Assembly: GCA_905331295.1 (NCBI GenBank)
Contig: CAJNYD010000048.1
Span: 124,001 to 188,000 of the forward strand
DNA: 64,000 nucleotides
Reading direction: 5' to 3'
From: Rotaria socialis
Taxonomy: Eukaryota
The position numbers and the translations under genes were made by a program. This document shows positions 12,278-24,192 of the stretch, one piece after another (the first letter of the stretch is position 1; every line of letters begins with the position of its first letter). Under the pieces are notes generated by a model. The model searched no databases and was not told the DNA's origin. It saw only the letters and a program-made list of their open reading frames with translations.

Positions 12278-14832
12278 ATGATACTAACATCTAGTTGGCC
12301 CACACCATCATCTTCTATTGAAGACCCATTATTCTCTGATGATATAATGTTATCAGCTGCAACAACATCAAGTCAACATCAACCTAATTTTTGGTTTTCT
12401 GGTAGTCCACTACCTTCATTTTTCTCCTCGTCATCGTCATCAATAAATGGTGGAATAGATAAACTTTCCTATACTCAACAACCAGCAGCACATAAAGTTC
12501 TTTTCGATTCAAGTGCATGCAGTTCAAGTTCAGGCAGTTCACCACCATCATCTAATGATGTTCTTCTTTCACGTCCACATCCAACATCAGCAGCAACATT
12601 AAATTTAGCTCAATTTAATTATATCCAACAAAATCATCATCATCAGCATCCATCTGTTATAACACCAACATCAAATAATTTTCTACCTCGAGATGATTGG
12701 TCACAAATGCCAATGGGGGGACAAACAACAACTTCGAACACCTCCGCATGGCATCCACAACATTCAACAAAAGGTAAAATATTTCGAAATCATTTATAAC
12801 ATCCTATTGTATAGAGAAGAACTTGTTCATAGGTATTAAACGTGTACATTATACATATATATATAGATTCATTCATTCATTCATTCATTTTCTCTGCCTT
12901 AATGGATATTCAATGATTGGAAGGATGATTTATAATATTTGTTGCTAGCGCATTACATTTGCACATTTCTCGTAATGCCATGATGCTCTCTCGCTCTCTC
13001 TCTCTCTCTCGTTACCTCTCACTAGCTCGTTTGTTATGTAATACAAAGAAAGACATTTGACAATAGACTTCCGTTTCTTCTTTTGTTGATTGTTGTTTTG
13101 TTAGAATATTAAAAAAATTCATGCCATTATACTGTTTTATATTAAATGACATTTGAGTTTGATCTAATAGGCAACATTTGTATGAATATATGATCGCATC
13201 ATTTCAGTCGATCGATCAACACCAGACGTTGCATGATTGAGAGCCAATTTGTCACACAACTTAAATTGGTCTGTTGTTATTTTAATCGTTTTTTAACCGC
13301 ATCAACTCATTCGATGGCACCAGCAGTGGATATCACACGTGCTTGGACTTTCTCTTTTTTGTCCTCACAATTTCAATACCTAAAGCAAAAGGGCGTGACG
13401 AATATCTTTGACATTGCTCAATTGGTTTGTTATCACATTCACGAACCACATTTTTGTTTCACACCTTAAGCAGGGCATAGATTTTGACTTTTTTTTAATG
13501 ACATCGACGCACACACACACACACACACACATATGTATACACATATTTAATGAGCAGCAAATGACACATTTATTTTTTTTTCGTGAAGGAGAAACTAAAT
13601 ATTTTTCTACGAAGATATATCAACAGAAAGTATATGCAACGAGTCGAATCATCTTATGAGAGAGAGAGAGGGAGAGAAAGAAAAAAAGCGGATGCTAATA
13701 GCAATAAACTAGACGAGTAATATTGTACAAAAAAAAACAAGAAAGCCGCTTCCGCCGAAAATGTCTATCATTGTCAATGAACCATTGAAAATCAAAACAA
13801 AAAATATACATAAAAAATTTCGTTGGGCTTCTCATTAGAATTTTCAGTAATCGAAAATCGCTGATTCTCTTTTTTGTTTTTGTTTTTTTATTGACATGTA
13901 TCATTAGAAATCGATGACATCACTTTAATGGTAAGGTGTAGAAACTAAAAATATGAAAATTGATATTTTACACGAGTAACCTATCATTAATAATATTTTA
14001 AGTCAAGTTTTCATTCTACTATGATAATCTAATTGATAATTATACACATATGATGATCGATCGAAAAGTGATTTTGCCATGATGCTCCGTGACATTGTTC
14101 ATCAAACGTTCAGAGACACATTCAAATGCGCACTCACACGAAAACGAGATCAATATGAGCACAATAATCGATGGCATCATCAAGGAGCACGTCAACCTTT
14201 TGAACAATTTGTTTTGACTTTTTTCTTCTTTTTCTTCTTCTTCTATCTCGAGTGTGTTTATAATACACACGCACACAAATGGTTATTAATAAGCCGTTAA
14301 CTCCGATCGCTTTCTTTTATAAACAAATAATATCTCATGAAAGCAAAATATCTATTTAGGTGTTCCTATTGATAATTCTCAAGTAACGAATTATTCCAGT
14401 ATGATGAGTGGTATTGAATCAACAAAAGATATGAAACGTAAAAGTAGCCGACCAACATTTACTGGACATCAAATATTTGCATTAGAAAAAATGTTTGAAA
14501 GTACAAAATATTTAGCTGGAGCAGAACGATCAAGACTTGCTTGTCAATTAGCTATGAGTGAAGCACAAGTAAAAGTAAGATCTTTTTTTTTTTTTTTTTT
14601 TCTAGAAATATCTATTTTCATCAATTCTATTTTAGGTTTGGTTTCAAAATAGGTAAAATATTTCTAAAAATTTTGATTTTAAAAAAAAAACATATTTATA
14701 TAAATCTTTAGACGCACAAAATGGCGGAAGAAACATGCTGCTGAAATTCATGGACCATCCAGTAAACGAAATAAACAACAAAGAAGCGATGGATCAATTC
14801 CGACCATTGAATCAGATTCAAATTCAAATTAA
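12278..14832 (+). CDS. NKX6: NK6-class homeobox transcription factor; exons ~12278-12773, 14360-14574, 14636-14652, 14712-14832
   Basis: Spliced homeodomain [63 protein letters not shown] matches the NKX6/HGTX signature ([24 protein letters not shown]...KWRKKHAAE). N-terminus is S/P/Q-rich. Confidence 0.93.
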
Positions 14833-15871
14833 ATCATTATCAAATTCCCTTACCTTCTTTTTCTTTTAGTGTTTCAGCTATTTGTGAAAAAAATATTGTG
14901 TACAGTTTTTTTTCTCGTTGGTTACGCATTATCATTTTGTTCAATGTTCTTTGTCAAAATTCAAACTGTTTTTCTTTTTTTTCTCTTTTTTCTGTTTTGT
15001 AATGTAGCTATGCGTTTATCATCATTGCATGCATAGTCATTAATATATTCTATTAGTGGAAATTCAAATGAAGACTATAAAAAGCAACCGACCACCGATA
15101 ACCTCTCTTACGTTGAATGTAGTATTGATCTGCCTATAGTTCGAATGTAGAATAATCATCAATCAATCGAGAACGCGTTTTGTCTCTTCCAGCGAGATAC
15201 CTAATTCTGCATCTTATAATTATTTTAGATTTTGAATTACAAGTTTCATTTCTATTTAATCACGCTTCTCAAGACGTTGTCTGAGTTCAACTCTAACAAA
15301 TCTGAATCACCAAGTAAACTATTGTAAAGATCAAAATCAAAAGTTTTCCCCGATGGCCAATTGATATTACTTTTGAATAATTTTTGATTGATTCTTGATA
15401 TTATTGACGTTGTCGTACATGTTTGAAACAAATTAATTTAATCTTGTTACTCAATAGCACATTCTGAGCCATAATAAATTTTACCCGAACTAATCTGAGA
15501 CTTCATAAAAGCAGAAAGTTTGCAAAAAACATGCCAATCCATTTTTAAGATCAACTTTAGTAAAATATTTTATAGTGACTGTAGTCTCTTCTAATATAAG
15601 CAGATTCACAAATATTACTCAATGATGTTGCTTGTTGAATTAAAATATTTAGTTTCTGGCCTTTCTCTTCCATAGCTTTCTATATTATTTAATAGAGTAC
15701 CAAATATTGCTTCCCAAAAGGTTCTATTGCAGATTATTATCAAGGAAAAAAACACATAGATGTACTACATTAAAATTCGTGCTGAAGAAAAAAACGACAC
15801 GAAACAATAATTATGAATATTGCGCACCATAGATATGAAGAAATATCGTAATTTTACTGTACATTTTGACG

Positions 15872-16369
15872 CTATTCATTTTGAATCGATTCTTGAAATC
15901 GTTTTTGTGCTTGATGTAATCGTACGATCTTCTGCTCTCTTGTTAATACAGGCATCGGTCGGCTATCACGAATAAGTGTTATAATGCTGAGTATAATTCC
16001 AATCAAAATCAATGCTAAACCTATTCCTGAAAGTAGAACTTCTAAACGCGTAACGTACGATTGCAATATAAGAAAGAAGACGAAGCCAACTGCACAAAAA
16101 ATTCCGTATATAATAAAAATAATCTGAAGAACAGTTTGTAACATTAAATTGCCTTTGATCCCAAAATAATGTCGAATACATTCATTAAAGAGGAGCATAA
16201 ATACAGAAGAAATTTCAACACCAAATGCATTAGGAGCATATGCTAAATGGTAGAATTTAAAAATAAAAATTAGAATTTCAAGAATAAACCACAGTATTGA
16301 ATAAGCGATATTGCAATGTAGAAGAATGTGAAGAGCAGTACTTGATTGATCAGAAACGGTCAGAATCAT
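15872..16369 (-). CDS. TMEM216/TMEM80/TMEM17 family ciliary transition-zone membrane protein
   Basis: 165 aa with four hydrophobic segments. SSTALHILLHCN, FIFKFYHLAY, IRHYFGIKGNL and LQSYVTRLEVLL resemble Transmemb_17 family motifs (SSxPLQIL, RLYLGxKGNL, LQTYVLRLE). Confidence 0.82.
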   Translation of the reverse strand: MILTVSDQSSTALHILLHCNIAYSILWFILEILIFIFKFYHLAYAPNAFGVEISSVFMLLFNECIRHYFGIKGNLMLQTVLQIIFIIYGIFCAVGFVFFLILQSYVTRLEVLLSGIGLALILIGIILSIITLIRDSRPMPVLTREQKIVRLHQAQKRFQESIQNE

Positions 16370-17311
16370 AGTTCTAAAAAGAAACGACTATTAAAATATA
16401 TTTCGCATCATTGACTTTTTTTTGCATGAATCATAGCTCTCGGTGTTTTCTCAAATTTTGCTATAAAAATTGCTTACGAATGATCACTAAAGTGAGCAGT
16501 AAATCTGAATTATTCCATCAGCCATAGTAAGTGATATAACCTACGCAACACCTTCGTGACAAATTCTAGGTGTGTTCAAATAGTACGCCATCTGTCCTAG
16601 CTCTCATGTTACGCTGTTATGATAGGTGTATTTGGACCATCAATAGATATCTACGAAAGGTGCGAATGAATGAGTGAGAGACTTGTGTATATATTTGATT
16701 ATTTCGTTACTTTAGAAAGATTTTCGCTTAAAATTTTGCTTGCATTTTTTTGCCTTTATTCTCTTTAGATATATTTGCACGGGTAAATAAAATTATATGC
16801 ACTGTCAAAAATCATTTTTAGGTATCCAAATTATTCGCTGGGATTTGATATTATAAAGATGAATTTTGTTCTTAAAAAATCTACAAAAAGGTACTTTGCA
16901 CTAATATTTTTATTTCATTAATCATCTCTTGTTAAAAGAAAAAGGTTAATATCGTTATCTTGTATACGTAATGATTGAAGAAGATACTAAAAAGTGTATT
17001 GAAGATATAGGTAAATTGCAACGCAAGGTCGAGAAAATTCTCTTACCTTATTGTTTGCTCGATTGAATGAGTTATTTATATAAAATCAAGCACTTGATTT
17101 AGTCATTCTTGACGAAGAGATGATTATTTAACCGTTGCAAATCCTCTGATTCTTTTGTTTTCTCGGTAAAATGAGATCAAGTATTTCATCTCTATTCGTT
17201 CCTTTTTTTTTGCACTGAGTGTATATCATAACCAGCGTTCAATGTTCGATCTAGAAAGAATAATCATAGTAAATTTCGTAAATGATGATAGCTTCACTTT
17301 TTCAGATAAGA

Positions 17312-19460
17312 ATGCATCTTTCGTTTGTATTTGTGAATCTTCTATTATGTGTGATGAGTGTTTCTTGTGTACAACCGAAACGTATAGCTGATCAAATGTA
17401 TGTGTCATTTGATCGTGCACGTTCCTGTGTTCGTCGTCTTAATGGCACACATGAAATTGGTTGTCAATCGTCTACGAGTGGAAATTCTGGACGAATGTAT
17501 ATGATTGATAATGATCAAGAATTTAATTCCTATATTACGGATACTAAACTAATCGATTCCTATAGATCATTTATTGTTGCGCTCAATGTTAATTTATTCA
17601 CCGCCTCTTATGTTGATAAACTGATGACTTCACTTGGTTCAAAACTCAATGGTCTTCTACTTTATTTAAAATCAAGTTCATCTCGTCCTGATTATTTTTC
17701 ACAGGATGATCAGTCTCCTAACCATCGTTATTCATATTATTTAAATCAAACGCAAGTTGTGAATTGGAATCCACAAGGAACTGGCTTATTTTTTCGTTCA
17801 TTTCCATTTCCAATGATGTTCATTGACGAACAAGAAGATTATGAGCGATTAGTAAAATTCTATCGACAATTTAATATTAGCCAATCGACACCAACATGTG
17901 GTCTCGAATTAAACACATTTCAAAACGCAGCACATACATCGAAAACATGTATGCGCAGGAATGGTATATCGCATTCATTCATTGATTCTGCAGAAACAAT
18001 GTGTGATCCTGTTGGTGGCCGTAATATCTACAGTAAATTGCCACAATCATTGACAATCGCACCAAAAGTACGTCAACCGAAATCAGTAATTCTTATTTTA
18101 GCCGCTACGGATAGTTTTCAAATGTTTTTAAAAGCAAAAGGTACGACAGGCGGTGCTCAACAACCAGCTACAGCACTTATAATATTTCTTTCACTTGCAC
18201 ATCTTATTGGACAAGAACAAAATGAATTCAATCAACAAGACAAAGAAATTATATTCGTGACACTTGACGGTGATGCACTCGATTATTCTGCTTCGTTTAA
18301 ATTTTTGTTTGATATGAAAAATGGAAATTTTCCAACGGGTAATCGAAATGAAGACCCTATTCGTTCTGAACATATTCATTCTATTATTGAATTTCAATCA
18401 TTAAGTTTAACTGATAAACTTTCAGTGAGTAAATCATTTTCTCGCAATCACAATCTCCGGTAGCTTATTGTTTTTTGTTTTATCGAAATTTTAGCTTTAT
18501 GCATATCCATCAGCACTTGTTAATCAAACATTTATCGATACACTTAAGCAAAATAATCCAATGATTGTTTCAGCGATGCCTGATTCTCCACTTCCGCCAG
18601 CATCTTCACAAATCTTTCTTCGTGAAACATCTTCATCATCGTTTCCTGCTTATATACTTACATCAAATCATGAAAACGAATTATCAAATCATTATTATCA
18701 TTCATTCTTTGACGATCCTTCAACGTTAGCAATCAATATTTCTTCGTTAGAATATAACAGTACGACTGAATTTAGTCAATGGGTCAAACGTGTTGTTGAA
18801 CCCTTTGCTCAAACGCTGATCGAGTTATTTGTAGGTTTGACAATGAATGTAACTATTAAACAAGAAATTATTAATAATCTTGTTTATTGTGTTTTGAAAA
18901 ATATTAATTGTCCTCTCATTCACAATGTAACAAATCAAACAACTGGAAATGGATTCGATCCATTCAATGAAACATCATTACCATTTTCAATCAATACTGA
19001 TCCAATATCATCAACAGTAACATTTCCTTTCGTACAAAATATACTCAGCTATTTGTTACGCGATCGCATGCTTGATACAATGAATCTAACCGAGAAAGCA
19101 TGTGAACAACTCTCAAAAAATGATACTTTCCGTTCGTACACATATGTTGGCGGATATACACCGTCTATCATGTCTGACGCATTCTTTTCTGGATACTGTG
19201 TACGATCATATTCACGATCTGTATCATCGATGTCACCAGCATTTGTTATTGATAATTATGATTTATCACAAACAACTTATCCAGTATGGACTGAAAGTCG
19301 ATGGTCAACTATTAGCTTGCGATTATTTATTATTCCAACAAGAAAACATGAAATAGTTACGCTTGTTGTTGGTATTTTACTACTTTTAACTTCATTTATT
19401 GTCTGTTTAATCTTACGTTATTATACAAAGATTAGTCTTTTGCAACCTTCATCATCATAA
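17312..19460 (+). CDS. NCSTN: Nicastrin (gamma-secretase subunit); exons 17312-18424 and 18495-19460
   Basis: Signal peptide MHLSFVFVNLLLCVMSVSC; CVRRLNGTHEIGCQS; WNPQGTGLFFRSFPFPM; TCMRR...CDPVGGRNI; PLPPASSQIFL; NHYYHSFFDD; SPAFVIDNYD...YPVWTESRW; single C-terminal TM helix. Confidence 0.95.
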
Positions 19461-20761
19461 GTAATGCAGGGACAGGATCCCGGTGTGAAACGTCGATGTA
19501 CTATTTTGTTTCTTTCTTTCCGTCCGATTATTTCTTTTTTTTATAAGATTACATTATTGCTCTTTTCGTTGTTGTAATTATTGCAATTAAAATTCTGATC
19601 TATTGATATTTCATATTATAATCGACTAACTAATGTCATAATCACATAAGGCAGGCTAATGGAATTTTCTATACACATACACACTGTTGAATGTATAGAT
19701 ATTAAAGCCTATCGAAATAAAACGGCGAGTGTGCGTATGGGCCTGCTAGCGAAGGTAATATCTACGTTCGAATTTTATATACATCAAATCTTGTGAAAGA
19801 TAGCTGCATTTTTGTCTAATTAGCTGTTAACACCAAATTTTAATTTAAAAAAATATTGATCATATGTTTATACAGAATCAGGCGATATTTTTTATAATTT
19901 ATGAAATTTTGCTTCATGAAGAACAATTAACGAAAACGACTGAAGTTTATCGAAAGTAATTTTGTAAAAAATTGGTTATGGCGTGTAAACGATAGCGTCC
20001 AATTAAAACTTGAATTCTCAAACGAAATTCACGCTTATAACTATTCGATGGTAAAACGAAGCTTACAAACGTTGACATTGCTGGTACAAATGAAACATAA
20101 CAACCGATAAGATATAGCCAAGATTCGTGTGGTGATCTCATACATTTTTCGACAAATGAAATGATTAGACGTGGAAAAGTCAATAATACTAACCTAACAT
20201 GTGCCGACAATGGATAAGTACTATTTAGCCGGATATTTTACATAGATAACCAGAGACTAATATTAGTTTTTATAATGAAGGGAAATGAAATAATGATGTA
20301 CCATCTTCTATTCCTATTTAGAAACAATAGTTCTTAGAGAGCAAGTGAATAAAATACCGAATGATGTGCACATTCGTACTATCGATATTCAACATGGAAC
20401 ACGAATCTTTGCTATACATGTGCATATAAATTGATCGATACTCTTCAAAACGATTCTACATATTGATCGTAAAATTGTAAACAATGATTCTTTTTGAAAT
20501 ATTTCTTCGAAGCTATAACCCGAGTATAGTATATACATTGCATTTTTAACATAAGGAAACAAAATTTTCTATTTGGCCAATAATTAACTTGCTCTACGTC
20601 ATATTGTTAGGGCACATATATGAATTGTGAGCAGCATACAGATCAACGTACTGACATAGAGCAATGTTTGGTTTGGAGAAAAACTTGTAATTAAAGAGAA
20701 GAAAGACGACGCAAGTCTGAAAAGAAAAGCACAGTGGAACTTTAACACATTCATCCCACTG

Positions 20762-20801
20762 AACAGTTTTTACAACTCTCATCAGAGTTGTAAAAACTGT
20801 T
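20762..20801. repeat. Perfect 18-bp inverted repeat with a 4-nt loop
   Basis: AACAGTTTTTACAACTCT-catc-AGAGTTGTAAAAACTGTT. Confidence 0.9.
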
Positions 20802-22073
20802 TAAGCTAAAATTGTTCATAGTAATGTTCTATAGAAACTATTAGAAAATGATCTTGATTATTTTATTTGATCCTTGGATTGTTTTATGTAAAAAATCAAT
20901 AATGGTTCTTTTAATAAACTATGATGCAACGATAGAGTATTTGTACGAAAAATACTGATCATATTTGATTGACAAGAAAATGTGTCTTTTTGTTGTTGGT
21001 ATTTATCCTTGTTTGAGAAATTAAAACGATGTTTATGGTACCCACATCTATTTCAATGGGTCCTCATTATAAGAAAATCATTCCGATGCTTGTTTTGTTT
21101 TCGAGAATAGTCCTGGCTTTTATTTATTGAATGCTTTGCTCTCTTAGAAGAGTACACTCAATATCTGAAAGATTAAAATTACTTGCCAAACCTTCGATGG
21201 ATTTGATTCTTTTAAAAAAGAAATAAACAGGAAATTATGAAACTACGACGATTGAGAATCGCTGAAATGCATAATTTTAAAGGCGAATATAGTTTGCCTA
21301 TAACTCACTAATTTAACAACAATATTTTATTCGAAATAATTCTTATCTTTGAAGTTTTATCATAAGCCCTTCTTTCAATGTGTGCATAGTGTTATTAATA
21401 AATTTGAGCAAATTTTGTGACATGCAAAATATTAACGGAGCAAACAACATCAATGAGTATTCATTAACGGAAGGAACTTGATAAACTGTCGAAATGCGAA
21501 CACTACGAAGGGCTATAGTCATATTTATAAACATGTGAATCCCACTATTAACACAAACTATTGTTATGTATATGGTTTTCTACTGACAAGCTCATAGTTC
21601 TTCCAACAAAATTTCATGTGCTTTTGTTGAAGTTTCTTTGATCACTAAAATAAAGAACCTATTATCGCATGATTGTATAGTCGACGGTATTCATCGAACC
21701 AACAATTGCAGTTTGGCAAGGAATATTGGGTATAAAGATGCAATAAGAGATAAATTTTCCATGTGATTTTAAGAAAGTTGCTTTTTAAGAAGGTAACGCA
21801 TAAGCTTTGTGTGAGGTCGCAAGATCTCGAACTCACAAGACTAAAGTTCAGTGCCACAGACTTTTTCATGCACAAAAGTTACTTTACAAATAAATTCGTG
21901 TCGAACTATTGGTCAAATGCAATAACTGAAGGAAAGTAATTTCAAAATAGAACTACTCAAATATATTCACATTATCTTTGTTTTTCTTTTCTTGATGTAT
22001 TTGCATAATCGCTCTATGTTAATAGCGGTTTGATTTTTCATTGAAGACATCTCCTGTTTAATTATGAGAGAAA

Positions 22074-22597
22074 TAATAATAATAATAATAATCTCCCATA
22101 GGCTTATCGCCCGTTGGGGCCGGCGCTAAAGGGTCCACAAGCAGCCAGGTTCTATCGTGTTTTCTCTTTTACAGACGACGGTATCTGCACCCCATTCGTC
22201 CAACGCTTCCCCCTTAATGATTATGGGTTGGCGATCATCATAGGATCACGTGGCCGTGACATCTATGTTGAAGTTATTGTTTTGACTCTGCATACTGACT
22301 AATGATATAATCGATACGCTATCGGATGAGTCATCCGGAACAATTAGCCGTTAGTAACTTGTTCAGGGTTATNGATCATCATAGGATCACGTGGCCGTGA
22401 CATCTATGTTGAAGTTATTGTTTTGACTCTGCATACTGACTAATGATATAATCGATACGCTATCGGATGAGTCATCCGGAACAATTAGCCGTTACTAACG
22501 TGTTCAGGGTTATCCCATGATTGGTGATACTGCGGTTTGAACACAGTACCTTGTGAATATGTGTCGAATAACATATCCACTCAACCACGGCGGCTTC
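22074..22597 (-). mobile_element. tRNA-derived SINE with (ATT)n tail and 14-bp target-site duplication
   Basis: TSD AATTATGAGAGAAA at 22060-22073 and 22598-22611. The minus-strand head has A box TGGTTGAGTGG (22577-22587), B box GTTCAAACC (22534-22542) inside a T-arm-like stem, and ends in ACCA after ~76 nt. GC-rich 3' end followed by (ATT)n. Confidence 0.85.
22233..22513. repeat. 140-bp direct duplication either side of a single N (probable scaffold-join artefact)
   Basis: 22233-22372 and 22374-22513 are identical except for 2 substitutions (TTAGTAACTT vs TTACTAACGT); N at 22373. Confidence 0.85.
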
Positions 22598-24192
22598 AAT
22601 TATGAGAGAAAAACGATAAAAAATTAGCTTTTTCAAGACCTCAATAAGCGATATTAAAAAAAATCCTAATTAACAATGAGACGTAGTTGTTTGATCGGAT
22701 AATAGAATGAATAAGAAGGTAATTATGAATAAAAATACAGTTACAATCATGACGTGCTATTTTTTAATGTAAATATATATCTCGAGTATCATCCAAATCA
22801 TTTATTCAAGAATAGGTTGGACTTTAACCAATTGAGAAAGAAACATACTGTTTTCAAAATGTAATTGATGCAAAACTACCGTTGTCATTTGAAAATAAAT
22901 GTTAACATCCATCTAAGATTGATGTAATGCATCTTAAAATAATATTTATGAAGGTTGACGAATGACTTCCGATCGCCTGACCTCGTAAGTTTCGTCGTTG
23001 AAATGCATATAATCGAATTTTTGGTGATCGTCATTTTAACAGAGAGCATCTGGTTTATATTTTTCATGCAATCCGATATTCAAGATCATTTAATCGTGTT
23101 GAGCAAAAATGAAGAGTTGCTTAGTCTGCTATCAGTGGCTGACAAGCGATTCAAGTAAAAGAAAAAAGATACATCGATGATCTCTACTCGTGAAATGTCA
23201 CCTGGAAACCTTTTGAAGTTGATATTTAATCTTTGTCGTGTAATATGTCCTTGAAAATAATGAACTATTTTAATTGTACCAATTGAACACATGATGTCTT
23301 TTAAATTTTTTTATGGCACCGCTAATTTTAATGTTATACAAAGTGAAATAAAAAAAATTTTGAAAGAAAAGAGAGGTTAGAATAAGACATTGCTCTTTCG
23401 AGTATTGTTTTTATTTATTTAATAATAATAGATATTTTTATCAATAGTGCCACGAAGTTTATTTGCGGATCAAATATGATATGCTTATCCAATCAATCTT
23501 CGTCACATCCTGACGTGCTGTGTTTTATCCGTGTTGATATAGGCTAACAAAAGACTGATCAATGAACTAAGTAATCATATAATTTATTCAGCAAATGAGA
23601 AAATATAATATTCAAACTTTATTATTTAAATTCTCGCTTTGCTCTCTGACGCTAATGTGTTGTAAATATCTACTACTTATCCTCCATCTATGTAATTCAT
23701 CATCAAAGCTCAACAAATGCTCCTATAGTTGTGAAGGTAAATCAAGCGAAAGAAGAAGAAAAAAACATACTGAAATATCTACTGCTTCTTGTAAGTTTCT
23801 GCGCATCTACACGGATCTGCTTGCGCATCATTATTTTTCTTCATCTTGAACCGCGCAGTGCGATATAAGAAATTGTAATAAATATGACAGAAAGTTTCAT
23901 CGGTTTCTGTTTTCACTAGAAGGAAATAAAAGATCGCGCGCACTTAAAATACACGTACACACTCTTCACTCTTGATTTATCTACCACAACACGACATGTT
24001 ATTAGTTTCATTTTTATTTTTAATCCAACAATCCAGATATTATTTATCCAAGCCATATACAGGAATACTTTAGATAGCTTCTCATTTCATTCATTGATTT
24101 ATTCTTTGGATTGAACGCATCAAGTGAGTTTTGTAACAAGACACTTTGGCTGAAAAGAAAAACAACTGGTTTTGTAAACTCAACACAACAAA

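Noticed and set aside
14079..14300. ORFs within NKX6 intron 1
   Set aside because: They run through poly-T and microsatellite tracts, and the NKX6 frame joins correctly without them.
22323..22341. Hammerhead ribozyme core (CGGATGAG...CGGAAC) in the SINE; also CTGATGA at ~3642 and on the minus strand of the 20762 hairpin
   Set aside because: Core positions are mismatched, or there is no helix II plus GAAA with a closing helix; the SINE site is simply a short palindrome.
22522..22597. Functional tRNA gene
   Set aside because: The acceptor and anticodon stems do not pair well, and the sequence continues into a body and tail bounded by a TSD, so it is a SINE head.
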